From the NCBI GenBank assembly GCA_002269645.1, contig NIVC01000023.1, positions 806,001 to 870,000 on the forward strand: a DNA stretch of 64,000 nucleotides, written 5' to 3'. The stretch comes from Macrostomum lignano (taxonomy: Eukaryota). A model generated the notes under the pieces. That model did no database searches and was not told the origin of the DNA. It saw only the letters and a program-made list of their open reading frames with translations. Within the stretch, counting starts at the first letter, position 1, and the number at the start of each line of letters is the position of its first letter. The position numbers were made by a program, and so were the translations under genes. Positions 1 through 12,654 of this stretch are shown here, in pieces.

Positions 1-82
1 TTAAATTTCAAAATAAGATTCAAAAATTAAGACTTTCTTTCATTTTTTTCAAGTTTTATATTACAAAGTTGCCTAATACAAG

Positions 83-189
83 GTGCACATTTCTTTTTCA
101 GGCACACATGCACTTTTTTACTTGGCGCACGCTGCACAGTTAAAAATTTTACTGGGGATTTGTTGTGGTGCACATGGTGCACCTTCCTG
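83..189. mobile_element. Probable right end of a hAT-like MITE (left end outside window)
   Basis: Clustered GGTGCAC/GCGCAC subterminal motifs ending in CCTTCCTG (revcomp CAGG...), the same motif style as the hAT-like MITE at 17357-18531. No TSD can be tested. Confidence 0.3.
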
Positions 190-430
190 ACCATGGTAAT
201 GGACTACAGAGTACAGAATAGGACAACTTATTATTATAATACTAATAGGATATTAGGCCCTACGCCCTAAGCATTTGCAAAATCATTGACATTATACTAC
301 AAGTCCAAAATTATCAAAAAGCTATGCCTAATAATAATACAAATATTTGGCCCTTTATTCTGGACCCTGAAAAAATAGTTATTTTGGAGTTTAGACGTAG
401 GCCTACAATTAATTGATTATTTATAATGCT

Positions 431-885
431 GGTGTAAGACCAAGACCGCCACACACCAAGACTGCCACACTTGGGTGTTGGGGGAGCTAGGGGGGGGGGG
501 CAGAATTTGGCTTGCCATGTTATTGGATAGGCCTAGTGCTGAGGAGGGGTAAGATAGGGAGAGCCAGCAGGACAAGGCCGCAAAAGAGGAACCAGTGAGC
601 AGGCTGGGTGGGTGAGTGAGCCAGGCTCCTTGTTTTTTCATTCAATTTGAATTGTAAAGGAACTATAAGATATTGTTAAAATTGTCCTTGTTGTCTTGCC
701 ATCATTTTGGACCACTTATTTGTCTTATTAGTGACCAATCTTGGGATGCTTCCTCCTTGACCTCATCTAACTTCATAACCCATCACAACCAATAGCAATG
801 CTGGAAGATTGGTAGCTCCCCCTAAATTCCAGTAGCCAGTAAGAGCTGTGGCGGTCTTGGTGTGTGGCAGTCTTGGTCCTGTACC
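431..885. mobile_element. MITE with ~40-bp imperfect TIRs, GG..CC ends and 8-bp TSD (Merlin-like)
   Basis: Left end GGTGTAAGACCAAGACCGCCACACACCAAGACTGCCACAC (431-470) is inverted at 846-885. Flanks ATAATGCT (423-430) and ATAACGCT (886-893) differ by 1 nt. GG termini plus 8-9-bp TSD are typical of Merlin. Confidence 0.65.
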
Positions 886-1550
886 ATAACGCTGGTGTTA
901 GTTCTTTACATAGATAATACACAGAAATTGTTTCCTTCCTGCGGCACAGCGAACCGCTAAAACCTTGGCTAAGTTAAAATGTTGTGTACATAAAGGACAG
1001 TCGACAGTGAGGAAAAATCTGCTAAAAGTAATAAATTTGACTAAAAAACTAAAACCGAGATCAGGAAAAACGAAAAAATCTGAGTAGATTATAGCTACAC
1101 GTCTATCATTTCACTGAATTATTTAACTCGTCGACTAATTATCCTTCCTCTTCAAAGCTTAATCAGAAATACAATGTGCATAGAAGTATTATAGCTCAAG
1201 CTTGAGCCCTTATCAATCACCTCTAGCCGTTTTTAGTTTGTTGCTCACGTTACGATTTCTTAGATTTTTGTAAAGTCAAATACTATAAGCAGAAAAAGCT
1301 TTTTACATTGTTTAGTACAACTTATCTTTCTAAGCCACTGAAATCTGAAATTGCACAGATTTATAGTGTTTTTATTTTTTAGCAAAAAAATGGTCAAAAC
1401 AAAATTTAGTTTTTTGTTTTACCAAGTAAATTTCGTTAATAAATCGTACTTATATTATTTAATTGTTTTTTAATTGTTGTTTAGCGAAATCTGAGCAAAT
1501 TTTTACAGTTTTGCGGCCCAAAAAAACTTTTGAATAGTTACTTCGCTATC

Positions 1551-4500
1551 ATGAACCGATTTTTACTAGCTATCACAGCATGCTTTCTGTTGCAACAGTC
1601 CGAAAAATGCTTTGCGGGTAAGTTTATACTTGTACATACTGCATATTCTGTACATGGTTATCAGCTTATGCTAAATGTGCAGGTTTGCTTGATTTTTATA
1701 ATTTCGCATATATTCGTTCAGACAAAGCATCGTACGTACATGTAAAAGCGCCTATATTTTGTATTGTCTCACGCATTATAATTTGGATTTCCAGCGGAGG
1801 CTTCTTCTCATTATTCGGCATCCGCAAATCTAGTGAGATTAGTCAAAAGGGAAACATCAGTAGTCCCAGTGACTACGCATGTAAGTTTATCAACTATTAC
1901 TTGTACATGAAAGTCCATACATGTATCATGCACACACGTAGATCATTTAAATAAATATGCAAAAAATGAAACTGCATGGTGTGTACATTTGAGCATGATG
2001 TACATTATCTGCACCTCTCTGCCAATTTAATTACATGTACATAAATCTTCCGGAAAATTCCTAATTCCAGGACAACGAGCAATACTACCAGATCACTGTT
2101 CATCACGATTTAAATCGATACAACAATTTAATTAAGGAGTTCGATCTTGCATTTGCTTTGCCAAATGTCGTGTCGAAAACAAACATCAGCTCATGGAATG
2201 TGTCCACGGTAAGTGTTCGATTAAATATTGCGCGCGCGTGTACATGCGTCATACATGAATTTCATATCGAGCATGTCAATTTGCTTTCTTTTTTACATGT
2301 ATGTGTTTGTACATCCGAAAACTAGCTGTAACGTACAATTACAATACATGAACTGCATAACGTTTTTCTTATTATTGCAGAGAGTTCAGTTGAAGTTTTC
2401 ATTCTATTTCTATGGTCATCGAGTCAGCCGTATTTCCATATCAACGAATGGTATGTGCAATTTTCTGTGTATGCCGCTGGCGCGGGTTGTTTTTTGTACA
2501 TTTTGACTTGAGTTTCTATTCATCCAACAGCAGGCTAGCACTGAGCTCAGCTATCTGAGTTTGCACAGCAGAGAAGACAGAGAGAATTAAGACTTAAGAT
2601 GCAAGAAGCATTGCTTTATAGAAAATAGTTCGGCTTGATTAAAAAGCTGCACTGAAAGCTGTATTAGGAGGATAGAAATGCGCGATGGCAGAAACTGTAC
2701 AGCAATGTACACGTACGGCGAGACTCGGCAATAAAGAGACGTGAAGATTCTTTTGGACTCAGAAATTGCTCTTACAGTAGTTTTTAGCGATGAAGAGAGA
2801 AAGATAAAAGATGCATGGGCTTAGTCATAGTCTTCGGGTCTAAAAATATGCAATCGCGTGTGCAGCTTGAATTGAGATGACGATGACAAGCTGGCTCAAG
2901 AGTGGGAGGGTTGAGAAACAGCTGAATTGTTGTCTAGAAGTGTGAGAGAGAAGTTTCATCTCTGGCCACGAGTGAGACTCGTGCAATAACATTGATAATT
3001 GTTTAAACACACCATAACTCAACTAGAAAGACAGTGGAGTGTCATTGCAGACTGCAGTTGAGTAGCAGTATGAGACAGAAGTGTGTCAGCATAGAGACAC
3101 TCGGGAGACAGAAGTGTGTCAGCATAGAGACACTCGGGAGACAGAAGTGTGTCAGCATAGAGACACTCGGGAGACAGAAGTGTTTTATCAGTTCAAGAGT
3201 GTCATGAGAGTTCCTGGAGCGAGATTCGCACACTTTAGACAAGTGGATCCAAAAAAAACTTGAAAGTGTGAACACGACTGTTTTCTGTAAATTTTATAGG
3301 CTTCATGACAATCTGGGAGGACGGCCACGAGCCCGGACCCTATCCGCAGTACATCGCTCCGTTTATGGCCAATTTTGGCTCAATGACTAATCAAAGCGGC
3401 TTAGACAATGACACCGCTGCAGAATCGAAACCCGTTGCTTCATTGACTTACGTGGCAACTAACACCTCTGTGTGGGTTCGATGGGCTAATCTGCCACTAA
3501 TGCTTGGCAATGGAACTGGTAAGATGATGATCGACTGGCGGTAGAGACTGTACTGTACACTATAATGCTCACTGTTTTAGGATTTTAAATGAGAAGCTTT
3601 CTCTCTAACAATCTAAACTACGCGTGATTTGTACAGGTGGAACGTTTGACTGTTGCTGACGATATAAGGACAAACACATCGCCTTTATATATTCGCTGTC
3701 ACTTTCACTGTAAACCCATTGCGACGGTTATTCATCCGCATGACCAGACCATACTAGTTTGAATTTATTAGTAAGATGACACCAATGTCGCATTTGAAGT
3801 GTTGGAACTTTCCGAAAACCCTGAGGCCGTAGCGCCGTAGCCCAGTGGTCTGGCGCAGCGCTCTGATGTGCCAGCGGCCCAGGCTCGATTCCAAGTACAG
3901 TCGCATCAATTTGAGGCTAAATTGAAATCTCGGCTTGGCTCTGCTCGTGCAATTAACGCCCAGCTTGAGGGCCAACCCCAAAGGCACAGTGAAGTGTACA
4001 TGCCTGACGATAAATAAAAGTTAGGGTCGCTGTACACTCCTGTGTGAGTGTGTGCCTGTGCGTGTGACTGCGTACGTATCCGCGCGCTTGTGTGCCTGCT
4101 CAGGGGAGTCGACGGAATTGGTAGCAGCGCCTCCTTCTTTGTGTGACAATGTCGCTTAAAGTGCGCCAGGGTAATAAAACATTCCGGATGCCCATCGCAG
4201 TATTGGTTTCGTCACTTTTTCAGAGCTCCGTCTGTCTTTTCAAGGCGTTATTTTTCAAAACGGGACAATGCTCTTCCAGTACTACGACGTGAGTCAGCTT
4301 TTTGACATTTTGGTAAACTAAAAATGCATGTATTTGTATACAATCAATGTATCTTTAAATTGCTAAATTTGATTTTTTCAGATTCCGTCACAATTGTCAA
4401 AGGCTGTGCCTACAGCCAAGGCTGGAGTTGCTGATGTTTTCAACTATGAAGAGGATGTAAAAGCGCTAAGTAAAAAGACTGGACAGTTGATTCCTAGATT

Positions 4501-7500
4501 TATATATCCTTATTCCCTATCCTGATCCCTTAATAACTGGACGGGATGTTGATCCCGAAATACCTGGACGGGATGTTGATCCTTAAATACCTGGACGGGA
4601 TGTTGATCCTTAAATACCTGTACGGGATGATGATCCCGAAATACCTGGACGGGATGTTGATTCTTAAATACCTGGACGGGATGTTGATTCTTAAATACCT
4701 GGACGGGATGTTGATCCCTAAATTGGACGGGATGTTGATTCCTAAATACCTGGACGGGATGTTGATTCTTAAATACCTGGACGGGATGTTGATTCTTAAA
4801 TACCTGGACGGGATGTTGATCCTTAAATACCTGGACGGGATTTTGATCCTTAAATACCTGTACGGGATGATGATCCCGAAATACCTGGACGGGATGTTGA
4901 TTCTTAAATACCTGGACGGGATGTTGATTCTTAAATACCTGGACGGGATGTTGATCCCTAAATTGGACGGGATGTTGATTCCTAAATACCTGGACGGGAT
5001 GTTGATTCTTAAATACCTGGACGGGATGTTGATTCTTAAATACCTGGACGGGATGTTGATTCTTAAATACCTGGACGGGATGTTGATCCTTAAATACCTG
5101 TACGGGATGTTGATTCCTAAATACCTGGACGGGGTTTTGATCCCTAAATACCTGGACGGGATGTTAATTCCTAAATACCTGGACGGGATGTTGATTCTTA
5201 AATACCTGGAAGGGATGTTGATTCCTAAATACCTGGACAGGACGTTGATTTCTAAATACCTGGACGGGATGTTGATTCTTAAATACCTGGACGGGATGTT
5301 GATTCCTAAATACCTGGACGGGATGTTGATTCTTAAATACCTGGACGGGATGTTGATTTTTAAATACCTGGACGGGATGTTGATTCTTAAATACCTGGAC
5401 GGGATGTTGATTTCTAAATACCTGGTTGGGATGTTGATTCTTAAATACCTGGACGGGATGTTGATTTCTAAATACCTGGACGGGATGTTGATTTTTAAAT
5501 ACCTGAATGGGATGTGGAGAGGACCTCGAAGTAGAGAAAAATTAGTCAAAGGCTGAAACTTTAAGAGTGATTATTGACTTTAACAATGATATGTATTTAG
5601 CAATGAAAACTCAAATTTTCAGACGAGAAAGTTTTAGACATATTTGTGCACCGTGTCGAGAATATTTCTTTGGAAGAAATTGTGAATGCCAGCATCGCCC
5701 AAGTTGTTGCCCTGCCAAGTGAGTATCAGCGGCACTGAAAAACATTTTTATATTTTTTCTAATAAATAAATTGAGCTTATGTTTTAGGCGAAACGAAAAC
5801 ATCGCCACCTCATTCCTCATTCTATTGTGGCGCCATTCGATCTGTCTTTCTTGGAATCGGCGCCTCAGTTCTCATTCCATTGTGGCGCCATTCGATCTGT
5901 CTTTCTTGGAATCGGCGCCTCAGTTCTCATTCCATTGTGGCGCCATTCGATCTGTCTTTCTTGGAATAGGCGCTTCAATTTGTCATCTTGGCCCCATTGG
6001 ATCACAGTTTCCAATATATTATTTTCAATAATCTTAGGAAAATGAATAGGTAGTAAATTAACAAGTTTACTCTTAATTGACCTTCAGCCTGTGGCGAGAA
6101 GAAAAAATGCAGTACGTGCATGATAGCCAGCCTGACGCCAACATTCAGATGTAGCTGGTGCTTTCAACGGGGTAGTTGCATCACAGAGACACAGCGACAA
6201 CTGCGGTCATGGCTTGATTACTCTTGCCACTATCCGGTGAGGCAATAATAAAGTTTTTATAGGCAATAACACGAATTGAATTAGAAGTTAAAACTCGCAA
6301 TTTTAATAAGATCTACTAAAAGTAGCGCACAAAGTGTGTGCGTGTGTAGAAATTCGGTTTTAATGGCTGGTAAGATGAAGTTTGACGTTTTTTTCTCCAG
6401 CCAAGGTCTCTAGAATGTGTGTCAGTGTCTGTAGAGTGTGTGTCAGTGTCTCTAGAATGCGTGTCAGTGTCTATGTGTGTCAGTGTCTCTAGAATGTGTG
6501 TCAGTGTCTGTAGAGTGTGTGTCAGTGTCTCTAGAATGCGTGTCAGTGTCTATGTGTGTCAGTGTCTCTAGAATGTGTGTCAGTGTCTGTAGAGTGTGTG
6601 TCAGTGTCTCTAGAATGCGTGTCAGTGTCTATGTGTGTCAGTGTCTCTAGAATGTGTCAGTGTCTCTAGAATGTGTCAGTGTCTCTAGAATGTGTCTCAG
6701 TGTCTCTAGAATGTGTGTCAGTGTCTCTAGAATGTGTGTCAGTGTCTGTAGAGTGTGTGTCAGTGTCTCTAGAATGCGTGTCAGTGTCTATAGAATGTGT
6801 GTCAGTGTCTATAGAATGTGTGTCAGTGTCTCTAGAATGTGTCTCAGTGTCTCTAGAATGTGTGTCAGTGTCTCTAGAATGTGTGTCAGTGTCTGTAGAA
6901 TGTGTGTCAGTGTCTCTAGAATGCGTGTCAGTGTCTATAGAATGTGTGTCAGTGTCTATAGAATGTGTGTCAGTGTCTATAGAATGTGTGTCAGTGTCTC
7001 TAGAATGTGTCTCAGTGTCTCTAGAATGTGTGTCAGTGTCTATAGAATGTGTGTCAGTGTCTCTAGAATGTGTCTCAGTGTCTCTAGAATGTGTGTCAGT
7101 GTCTCTAGAATATGTGTCAGTGTCTATAGAATGTGTGTCAGTGTTTCTAGAATGTGTGTCAGTGTCTCTAGAATGCGTGTCAGTGTCTATAGAATGTTTG
7201 TCAGTGTCTCTAGAATGTGTCTCAGTGTCTCTAGAATGTGTGTCAGTGTCTCTAGAATATGTGTCAGTGTCTATAGAATGTGTGTCAGTGTTTCTAGAAT
7301 GTGTGTCAGTGTATATAGAATGTGTCTGTGTCTCTAGAATGCGTGTCAGTGTCTATAGAATGTGTGTCAGTGTCTCTAGAATGTGTCTCAGTGTCTATAG
7401 AATGTGTGTCAGTGTTTCTAGAATGTGTGTCAGTGTCTATAGAATGTGTGTCAGTGTCTATAGAATGTGTCTGTGTCTATAGAATGTGTGTCAGTGTCTA

Positions 7501-9288
7501 TAGAATGTGTGTCAGTGTCTATAGAATGTGTGTCAGTGTCTATAGAATGTGTGTCAGTGTCTATAGAATGTGTCTGTGTCTATAGAATGTGTGTCAGTGT
7601 CTATAGAATGTGTGTCAGTGTCTCTAGAATGTGTCTCAGTGTCTGTAGAGTGTGTGTCAGTGTCTCTAGAATGCGTGTCAGTGTCTATAGAATGTGTGTC
7701 AGTGTCTATAGAATGTGTGTCAATGTTTCTAGAATGTGTGTCAGTATCTCTAGAATGCGTGTCAGTGTTTCTAGAATGTGTGTCAGTGTCTCTAGAATGC
7801 GTGTCAGTGTCTATAGAATGTGTGTCAGTGTCTATAGAATGTGTGTCAATGTTTCTAGAATGTGTGTCAGTATCTCTAGAATGCGTGTCAGTGTTTCTAG
7901 AATGTGTGTCAGTGTCTCTAGAATGTGTGTCAGTGTTTCTAGAATGTGTGTCAGTGTCTATAGAATGTGTCTGTGTCTATAGAATGTGTGTCAGTGTCTA
8001 TAGAATGTGTGTCAGTGTCTCTAGAATGTGTCTCAGTGTCTCTAGAATGTGTGTCAGTGTCTCTAGAATGCGTGTCAGTGTCTATAGAATGTGTGTCAGT
8101 GTCTATAGAATGTGTGTCAATGTTTCTAGAATGTGTGTCAGTGTCTAAAGAATGTGTGTCAGTGTCTATAGAATGTGTGTCAGTGTCTCTAGAATGCGTG
8201 TCAGTGTCTATAGAATGTGTGTCAGTGTCTATAGAATGCGTGTCAGTGTCTATAGAATGTGTGTCAGTGTCTAAAGAATGTGTGTCAGTGTCTATAGAAT
8301 GTGTGTCAGTGTCTATAGAATGTGTGTCAGTGTCTCTAGAATGCGTGTCAGTGTCTCTAGAATGTGTGTCAGTGTTTCTAGAATATGTGTCAGTGTATAT
8401 AGAATGTGTGTCAGTGTCTCTAGAATGCGTGTTAGTGTCTATAGAATGCGTGTCAGTGTTTCTAGAATGTGTCTCGGTGTCTTTAGAAATGTGTGTCAGG
8501 GTCTATAGAATGTGTGTCAGTGTATATAGAATGCGTGTCAGTGTCTGTAGAGTGTGTGTCAGTGTCTCTAGAATGTGTGTCAGTGTCTATAGAATGTGTG
8601 TCAGTGTCTCTAGAATATGTGTCAGTGTCTCTAGAATGTGTGTCAGTGTCTCTAGAATGTGTGTCAGTGTCTCTAGAATGTGTGTCAGTGTCTGTAGAAT
8701 GTGTGTCAGTGTTTCTAGAATGTTTTTCAGTGTCTATAAAATATGTGTCAGTGTCTCTAAAGTGTGTGACAGTCTTTGTAAAGTGTGTCAGTGTCTCTAG
8801 AATGTGTGTCAGTGTCTCTAGAATGTGTGTCAGTGTCTCTAGAATGTGTGTCAGTGTCTCTGAAGTGTGTCAGTTAGTCATAATAACTAGAAGGTCGCCA
8901 GTCCCTAGTATTGCACAGTGTGTTTCTTAAGTCAAGCAAAGTTGCATATAAGTTGTTTGCCAGCAAGATAAAGACACTGCAGCTGCAGTCACACATGTAC
9001 ATCACGCCCGCACCGCAGTCGGATAAAAAGTGCCAACTGGACGGGCCCTCCTCGATAGCGGACGCCGTCACTCGCGGAGTCCTGGGCTTCTTTCTGGCCC
9101 TGTTCATCGCTGTGCTAGTGGGCCTGATCATATTTGTGCTTGTCTATGGCTATAGGCGGCCAGACAGCGGCATCGGACAGTGCTTGGCGCGGACTCGACT
9201 TCAGTTGCGAGAAAAATTTATGGGCACACCAAGACTGACGTCGGCTTTCCATAGCACCTCGACGGGGTCGACGGTTAGATTGGAGTGA
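1551..9288 (+). CDS. PLXDC: Plexin domain-containing protein (PLXDC1/2, TEM7-like): signal peptide, nidogen-like region, PSI domain, single TM helix
   Basis: join(1551-1617,1795-1880,2071-2208,2381-2450,3300-3518,4224-4288,4382-4469,5623-5718,6088-6236,9019-9288). All introns are GT-AG with consistent phases; the exon 7 donor is least certain. Motifs: MNRFLLAITACFLL signal peptide, RVQLKFSFYFYGH, QYIAPFMANF, SFQGVIFQNGTMLFQY, PSI CGEKKKCSTC..FRCSWC, TM helix then VYGYRRPDS. Confidence 0.9.
3072..3185. repeat. 33-bp tandem repeat, ~3.4 copies (PLXDC intron 4)
   Basis: GAGACAGAAGTGTGTCAGCATAGAGACACTCGG repeated. Confidence 0.9.
4523..5514. repeat. 27-bp minisatellite with 240-bp higher-order repeat (PLXDC intron 7)
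   Basis: Unit GGACGGGATGTTGATYCYTAAATACCT. Variant blocks recur exactly 240 bp apart (lines 4621 and 4861 are identical). Confidence 0.95.
5824..5975. repeat. 55-bp tandem repeat, ~2.7 copies (PLXDC intron 8)
   Basis: ATTGTGGCGCCATTCGATCTGTCTTTCTTGGAATCGGCGCCTCAGTTCTCATTCC repeated. Confidence 0.9.
6406..8872. repeat. 21-bp minisatellite (PLXDC intron 9)
   Basis: Unit TGTGTGTCAGTGTCT(C/A)TAGAA over ~2.5 kb; source of the ECVSVSL/RMCVSV pseudo-ORFs. Confidence 0.97.
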
Positions 9289-10354
9289 TCTGAAGGGTCT
9301 GATAATACTGAAGAAGTCTACTGGAGTTGGCAACAAATGAAGAAAACTCGTATAGTGAGTAACCTTGACCCAAGCATTAATGAATCAACGTCGGGCAGAC
9401 ACTTCCGACATGATCCTGCGCTTTCCTGCGCTTTCCTGCCTAGAATCGAATAGTAATAATTGCTATATATTCAGCAAAAATTCACACTTTTTTAGGTCGA
9501 AATTCTTTAAGGTAGTTTACAATATAAAAGTACAATCCATTCGCCATAGACGTCTATAAATCGACGTTGGGTACATCGGCGGTGGACGTAACGATCCGCA
9601 CTAGAAAAATATTATTTATCGATACGTTTACGTTGCTCACAGCCATTTCTATAGAAAATAATTACGTAGTTTCAGGCGTTTTTTTTTAAAATCGCCATTA
9701 TTAACAATGGGTATTATAGCATGTTTACAAGTAGCTATAGGTAGCGATCGAATCAAACATGTTATTATCATAAAACCACAATTTGCCTTTCTTCTTCAAA
9801 ATAAAGAATTTATTATTTATTGTAAAAACTCTGAAGAAACCGAGATTTGTGTTTTATAAAATATTTTTATTTATTCTTGCCTGTGTCAAACTTTTTAACA
9901 CTAAATAACTTCAATACTCACTGCTGAATGCCAATCATAGGCATGGACGTTGTGAACCATCCATATGCATGTCAGAGATGCTTTGCTGACTGTGCTAAAT
10001 ATACATCTGAGTTTTTGTTTTCGATAGAGATTCTTTCCAATATTTTATTTGCCTGTGATATTTGTTTATGCAACGTGAATTTTATACCAAAGTTTTATGA
10101 TATTTGTGTACAAGTATAGGCTGCTATTGCACTTCAAGAGCACAGTGGTCTCAATTATTGAAAATACATGTATAAACACGTATATGTACTGCTTCATGTG
10201 CACATTTTTATAATAAAATCTCTCTTGACTGTATATTGTCACACGATAGAAGTGGTCTTTTGCGTTCTTTAGATTTCCCAGGGAAATCCCTTATTTTTAG
10301 ATTTTTTAGAATATTTTGTATAGGCCTACTAGATGGCCAAGCAAAGTTGTGAAT

Positions 10355-11232
10355 TGTGGTAGGGTCAATTTAAATATCTTAATTAGACTACTTATAGTAA
10401 ATAATCACGCGCATTTTTATCCCAACCAATCAGCGAGTTTCTTCCCTGTTTTTGTTTAAATATGGTAATTTTTGTTTAAAACTCCATTCTTTGTTAAAAT
10501 TTCCCCTTTAATAATTGTTTCAATGTGTTATGCTCACCCCCCTCCTCTGTCAACGACTATATAAGGAAGAGATTTGGGCCGCAAAATATACAACTCGTTT
10601 TTCTCTGTTCGCTTGTTCGACAGCCTAATAACTCTTAGTATTTGAAGTTTAACCTTAAAACTTTCGCTAAGACTTGTTTTCGCTATTTATTTATTAAATA
10701 GGAGAAATTTGAGGTCGTGGAGACCCAAAACTAGGGATCTAAATAGGAGAAATTTGAGGTCGTGGAGACCCAAAACTAGGGATCTAAATAGGAGAAATTT
10801 GAGGTCGTGGAGACCCAAAACTAGGGATCTAAATAGGAGAAATTTGAGGTCGTGGAGACCCAAGACTAGGAATCTAATTAGAGAAATTAGAGGTCGTGAA
10901 GACCCAGGATAGAGGCCAAAAGGGGAATCTCGAGGTCGTACAGACCCTAAGAAAGCCGTACAGGCTAACAATAGACATTAGGCATTAAGAGATTAGGTAT
11001 TAGGGAAGTAGATTAGTTACCGCTGGACACCCTTGATCCCCGGAAACGCTAGACTTTCGGACTGAACTAGGGAATTAGACAGTGTCTTACCGCTCGGGCA
11101 CTACACGCTATCACAAGGTTTCTAAGAAATCGTGTGAGTTATGAATTCCTAGGAAAATCATAGTTTAGAATATTTAAAGTAGGCATTTAGTGATATTAGA
11201 CAGACAGCTAGGTTTACAACAACTTGGTGGCA
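10355..11232 (+). mobile_element. Possible LTR of a Gypsy/BEL-type retroelement with internal 45-bp tandem repeat
   Basis: TGT start (10355), CCAAT box (~10426), TATATAA box (~10558), 45-bp repeats, ends ...TTTACAACA followed by PBS-like TGGTGGCA (~11225). No gag/pol or second LTR seen. Confidence 0.3.
10696..10905. repeat. 45-bp tandem repeat, ~4.5 copies
   Basis: AAATAGGAGAAATTTGAGGTCGTGGAGACCCAAAACTAGGGATCT repeated. Confidence 0.95.
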
Positions 11233-11469
11233 CGGAGAAATATTAGGACAGGAGTTTCCCCTAGAACAGAATTTTAGCAAAACAGTTCAATTGGTGTTGG
11301 ACAACAGGATAAATAAAAAAGTGGAAAAACCGTGAAGATCAATAACTTGCCATTTAATCGATAAAACTCATGGCAGTTTGTAGTTCAGAACAATGCCAAT
11401 ATTTGTACTAGATAATGATGGTGCAGCCGCTGAGCTCTCCACTGAAGCCACCAGAAGATGATGATGTTG

Positions 11470-11905
11470 TAACAGACGTCGCAGTCAGGCTATATTGGTG
11501 GCAAGCGCTGCACTGCCGCCTGCGCTGGTGCAACTGTCCACTACGACTGATCACATCGGATATGTTGGACAGTCGTGACTTCTTGGAGTATCGAATGTAG
11601 CGTTGCGTTGAAACAAACAGAACGATGACCATCAGTCACGTGACCAATGTCCAATGAAAATCCGGCATTGTGCAGCTCCGGACAACAGTCGCTGTGATGC
11701 AACGAGGCGAATGTCTCCTTAACAGTCCGGCCTTTTCCGAAATGGTCTGCATCATCGTGCTTATCGTGTTGTGTTCAACAGCCTGCTTGCCGAAATACCC
11801 CGAGTTTGATGTAGGTTTTGCCCTTGGCCACAGAAAGACTGCACTGCTCGTGACACCTTCCAAGTGCTTAGCAATCGAAATCTTAATCTCCACGTACTCC
11901 TTTAT
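11470..11905 (-). pseudogene. Crypton-type tyrosine recombinase (DUF3504-like) C-terminal relic
   Basis: Minus-strand translation VFLWPRAKPT..YFGKQAVEHNTISTMMQTISEKAGLLRRHSPRCITAT, then with frameshifts LHNAGF..HVTDGHRSV..QRYIR. This matches the Crypton pattern FYLxP..WY..VGxNTL..MMxxIS..AGL..YTNHSxRAT..GH..SL..Y. Cut off upstream by the IS630/Tc1 element. Confidence 0.7.
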
Positions 11906-11907
11906 TA

Positions 11908-12654
11908 TAGCTTTTTGCAGCCCATTTGGGCTTACGCGCATTGAATTTAATCCAAGATATGTTTGTCAAAGTAATGGAGCTTTTGTCTATGGTAGCAAGG
12001 CTGGCACAGCGGCATTTAATTTGGTCCAACAAGCATCAATTTGGTCCATTTAGTTCATTTGCAGCTCAGTCCCAGAATTGTGGACCATATGCTAGGCTGT
12101 TGAACGAATGTCATTGGCTTGTGATCGAAGCACTCGACGGAGGTGAACACCCAAAGGACATTGCAATGTTGCTGAATGTAAAAGAAAAGGTGGTTTACAG
12201 CATCCAACAGCGCCTTGAAACTCTGCCGGCAGAGATTGCCTGCGAAAGGGTGGCAATCGCCAAGGAAAGTTGCTCGAGAGCCTCAGGTCCAACTGCTACT
12301 CGATGCAGTGGAGACGAACCCTTTGTTGACGTTTCAGAAAATGCAGCAGAAGTTGAGGGAACAGCTCCAGTTGGTTATCAGATTTCGACTATCAGCAGAG
12401 CTCTGGAAAAGCAACTGAAAATTTTTGGTAGAGACGCTGACATTCCAGCGGTGCGCAACAACCTGCAGACGGTTGAGAGAAGGCAAGAGTTTGTCCAATG
12501 GCTCACGAGTGTTTGGACCAAATGGATGCTTGTTCGACCAAATTAAATGCCGCTGCGCCAGCCTTGCTACCATAGACAAAAGCTCTGTTACATTGGCAAA
12601 CGTATCTTGGATTAAATTAAATGCGCGTAAGCCCAAATGGGCTGCAAAATGCTA
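11908..12654 (+). mobile_element. IS630/Tc1-like deletion derivative, family 1 copy 1 (~140-bp TIRs, TA-flanked)
   Basis: TIR TAGCTTTTTGCAGCCCATTTGGGCTTACGCGCA...GGTCCAA is inverted at 12515-12654. The interior encodes a frameshifted transposase N-terminal HTH (EALDGGEHPKDIAMLLNVKEKVVYSIQQR..LLDAVETNPLLT..STISRALEKQ..NNLQTVERRQEFVQW). No DDE core. Confidence 0.8.

Noticed and set aside
1090-1500. AT-rich stretch resembling a DNA-transposon interior (similar at 16150-16400)
   Set aside because: No TIR or TSD pair could be defined by eye.
5788-6045. Candidate PLXDC exon in the 55-bp repeat
   Set aside because: Exon 5623-5718 gives the expected homology (HRVE..VVALPT-C) and correct phases; the repeat lies in intron 8.
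4530-8930. Long ORFs of 145-339 aa (LDGMLILKY, ECVSVSL repeats)
   Set aside because: Translations of intronic 27-bp and 21-bp minisatellites inside PLXDC; open in several frames and on both strands.
9599-9612. CACTAGAAAAA as a CACTA/EnSpm terminus
   Set aside because: No matching inverted end or TSD found.
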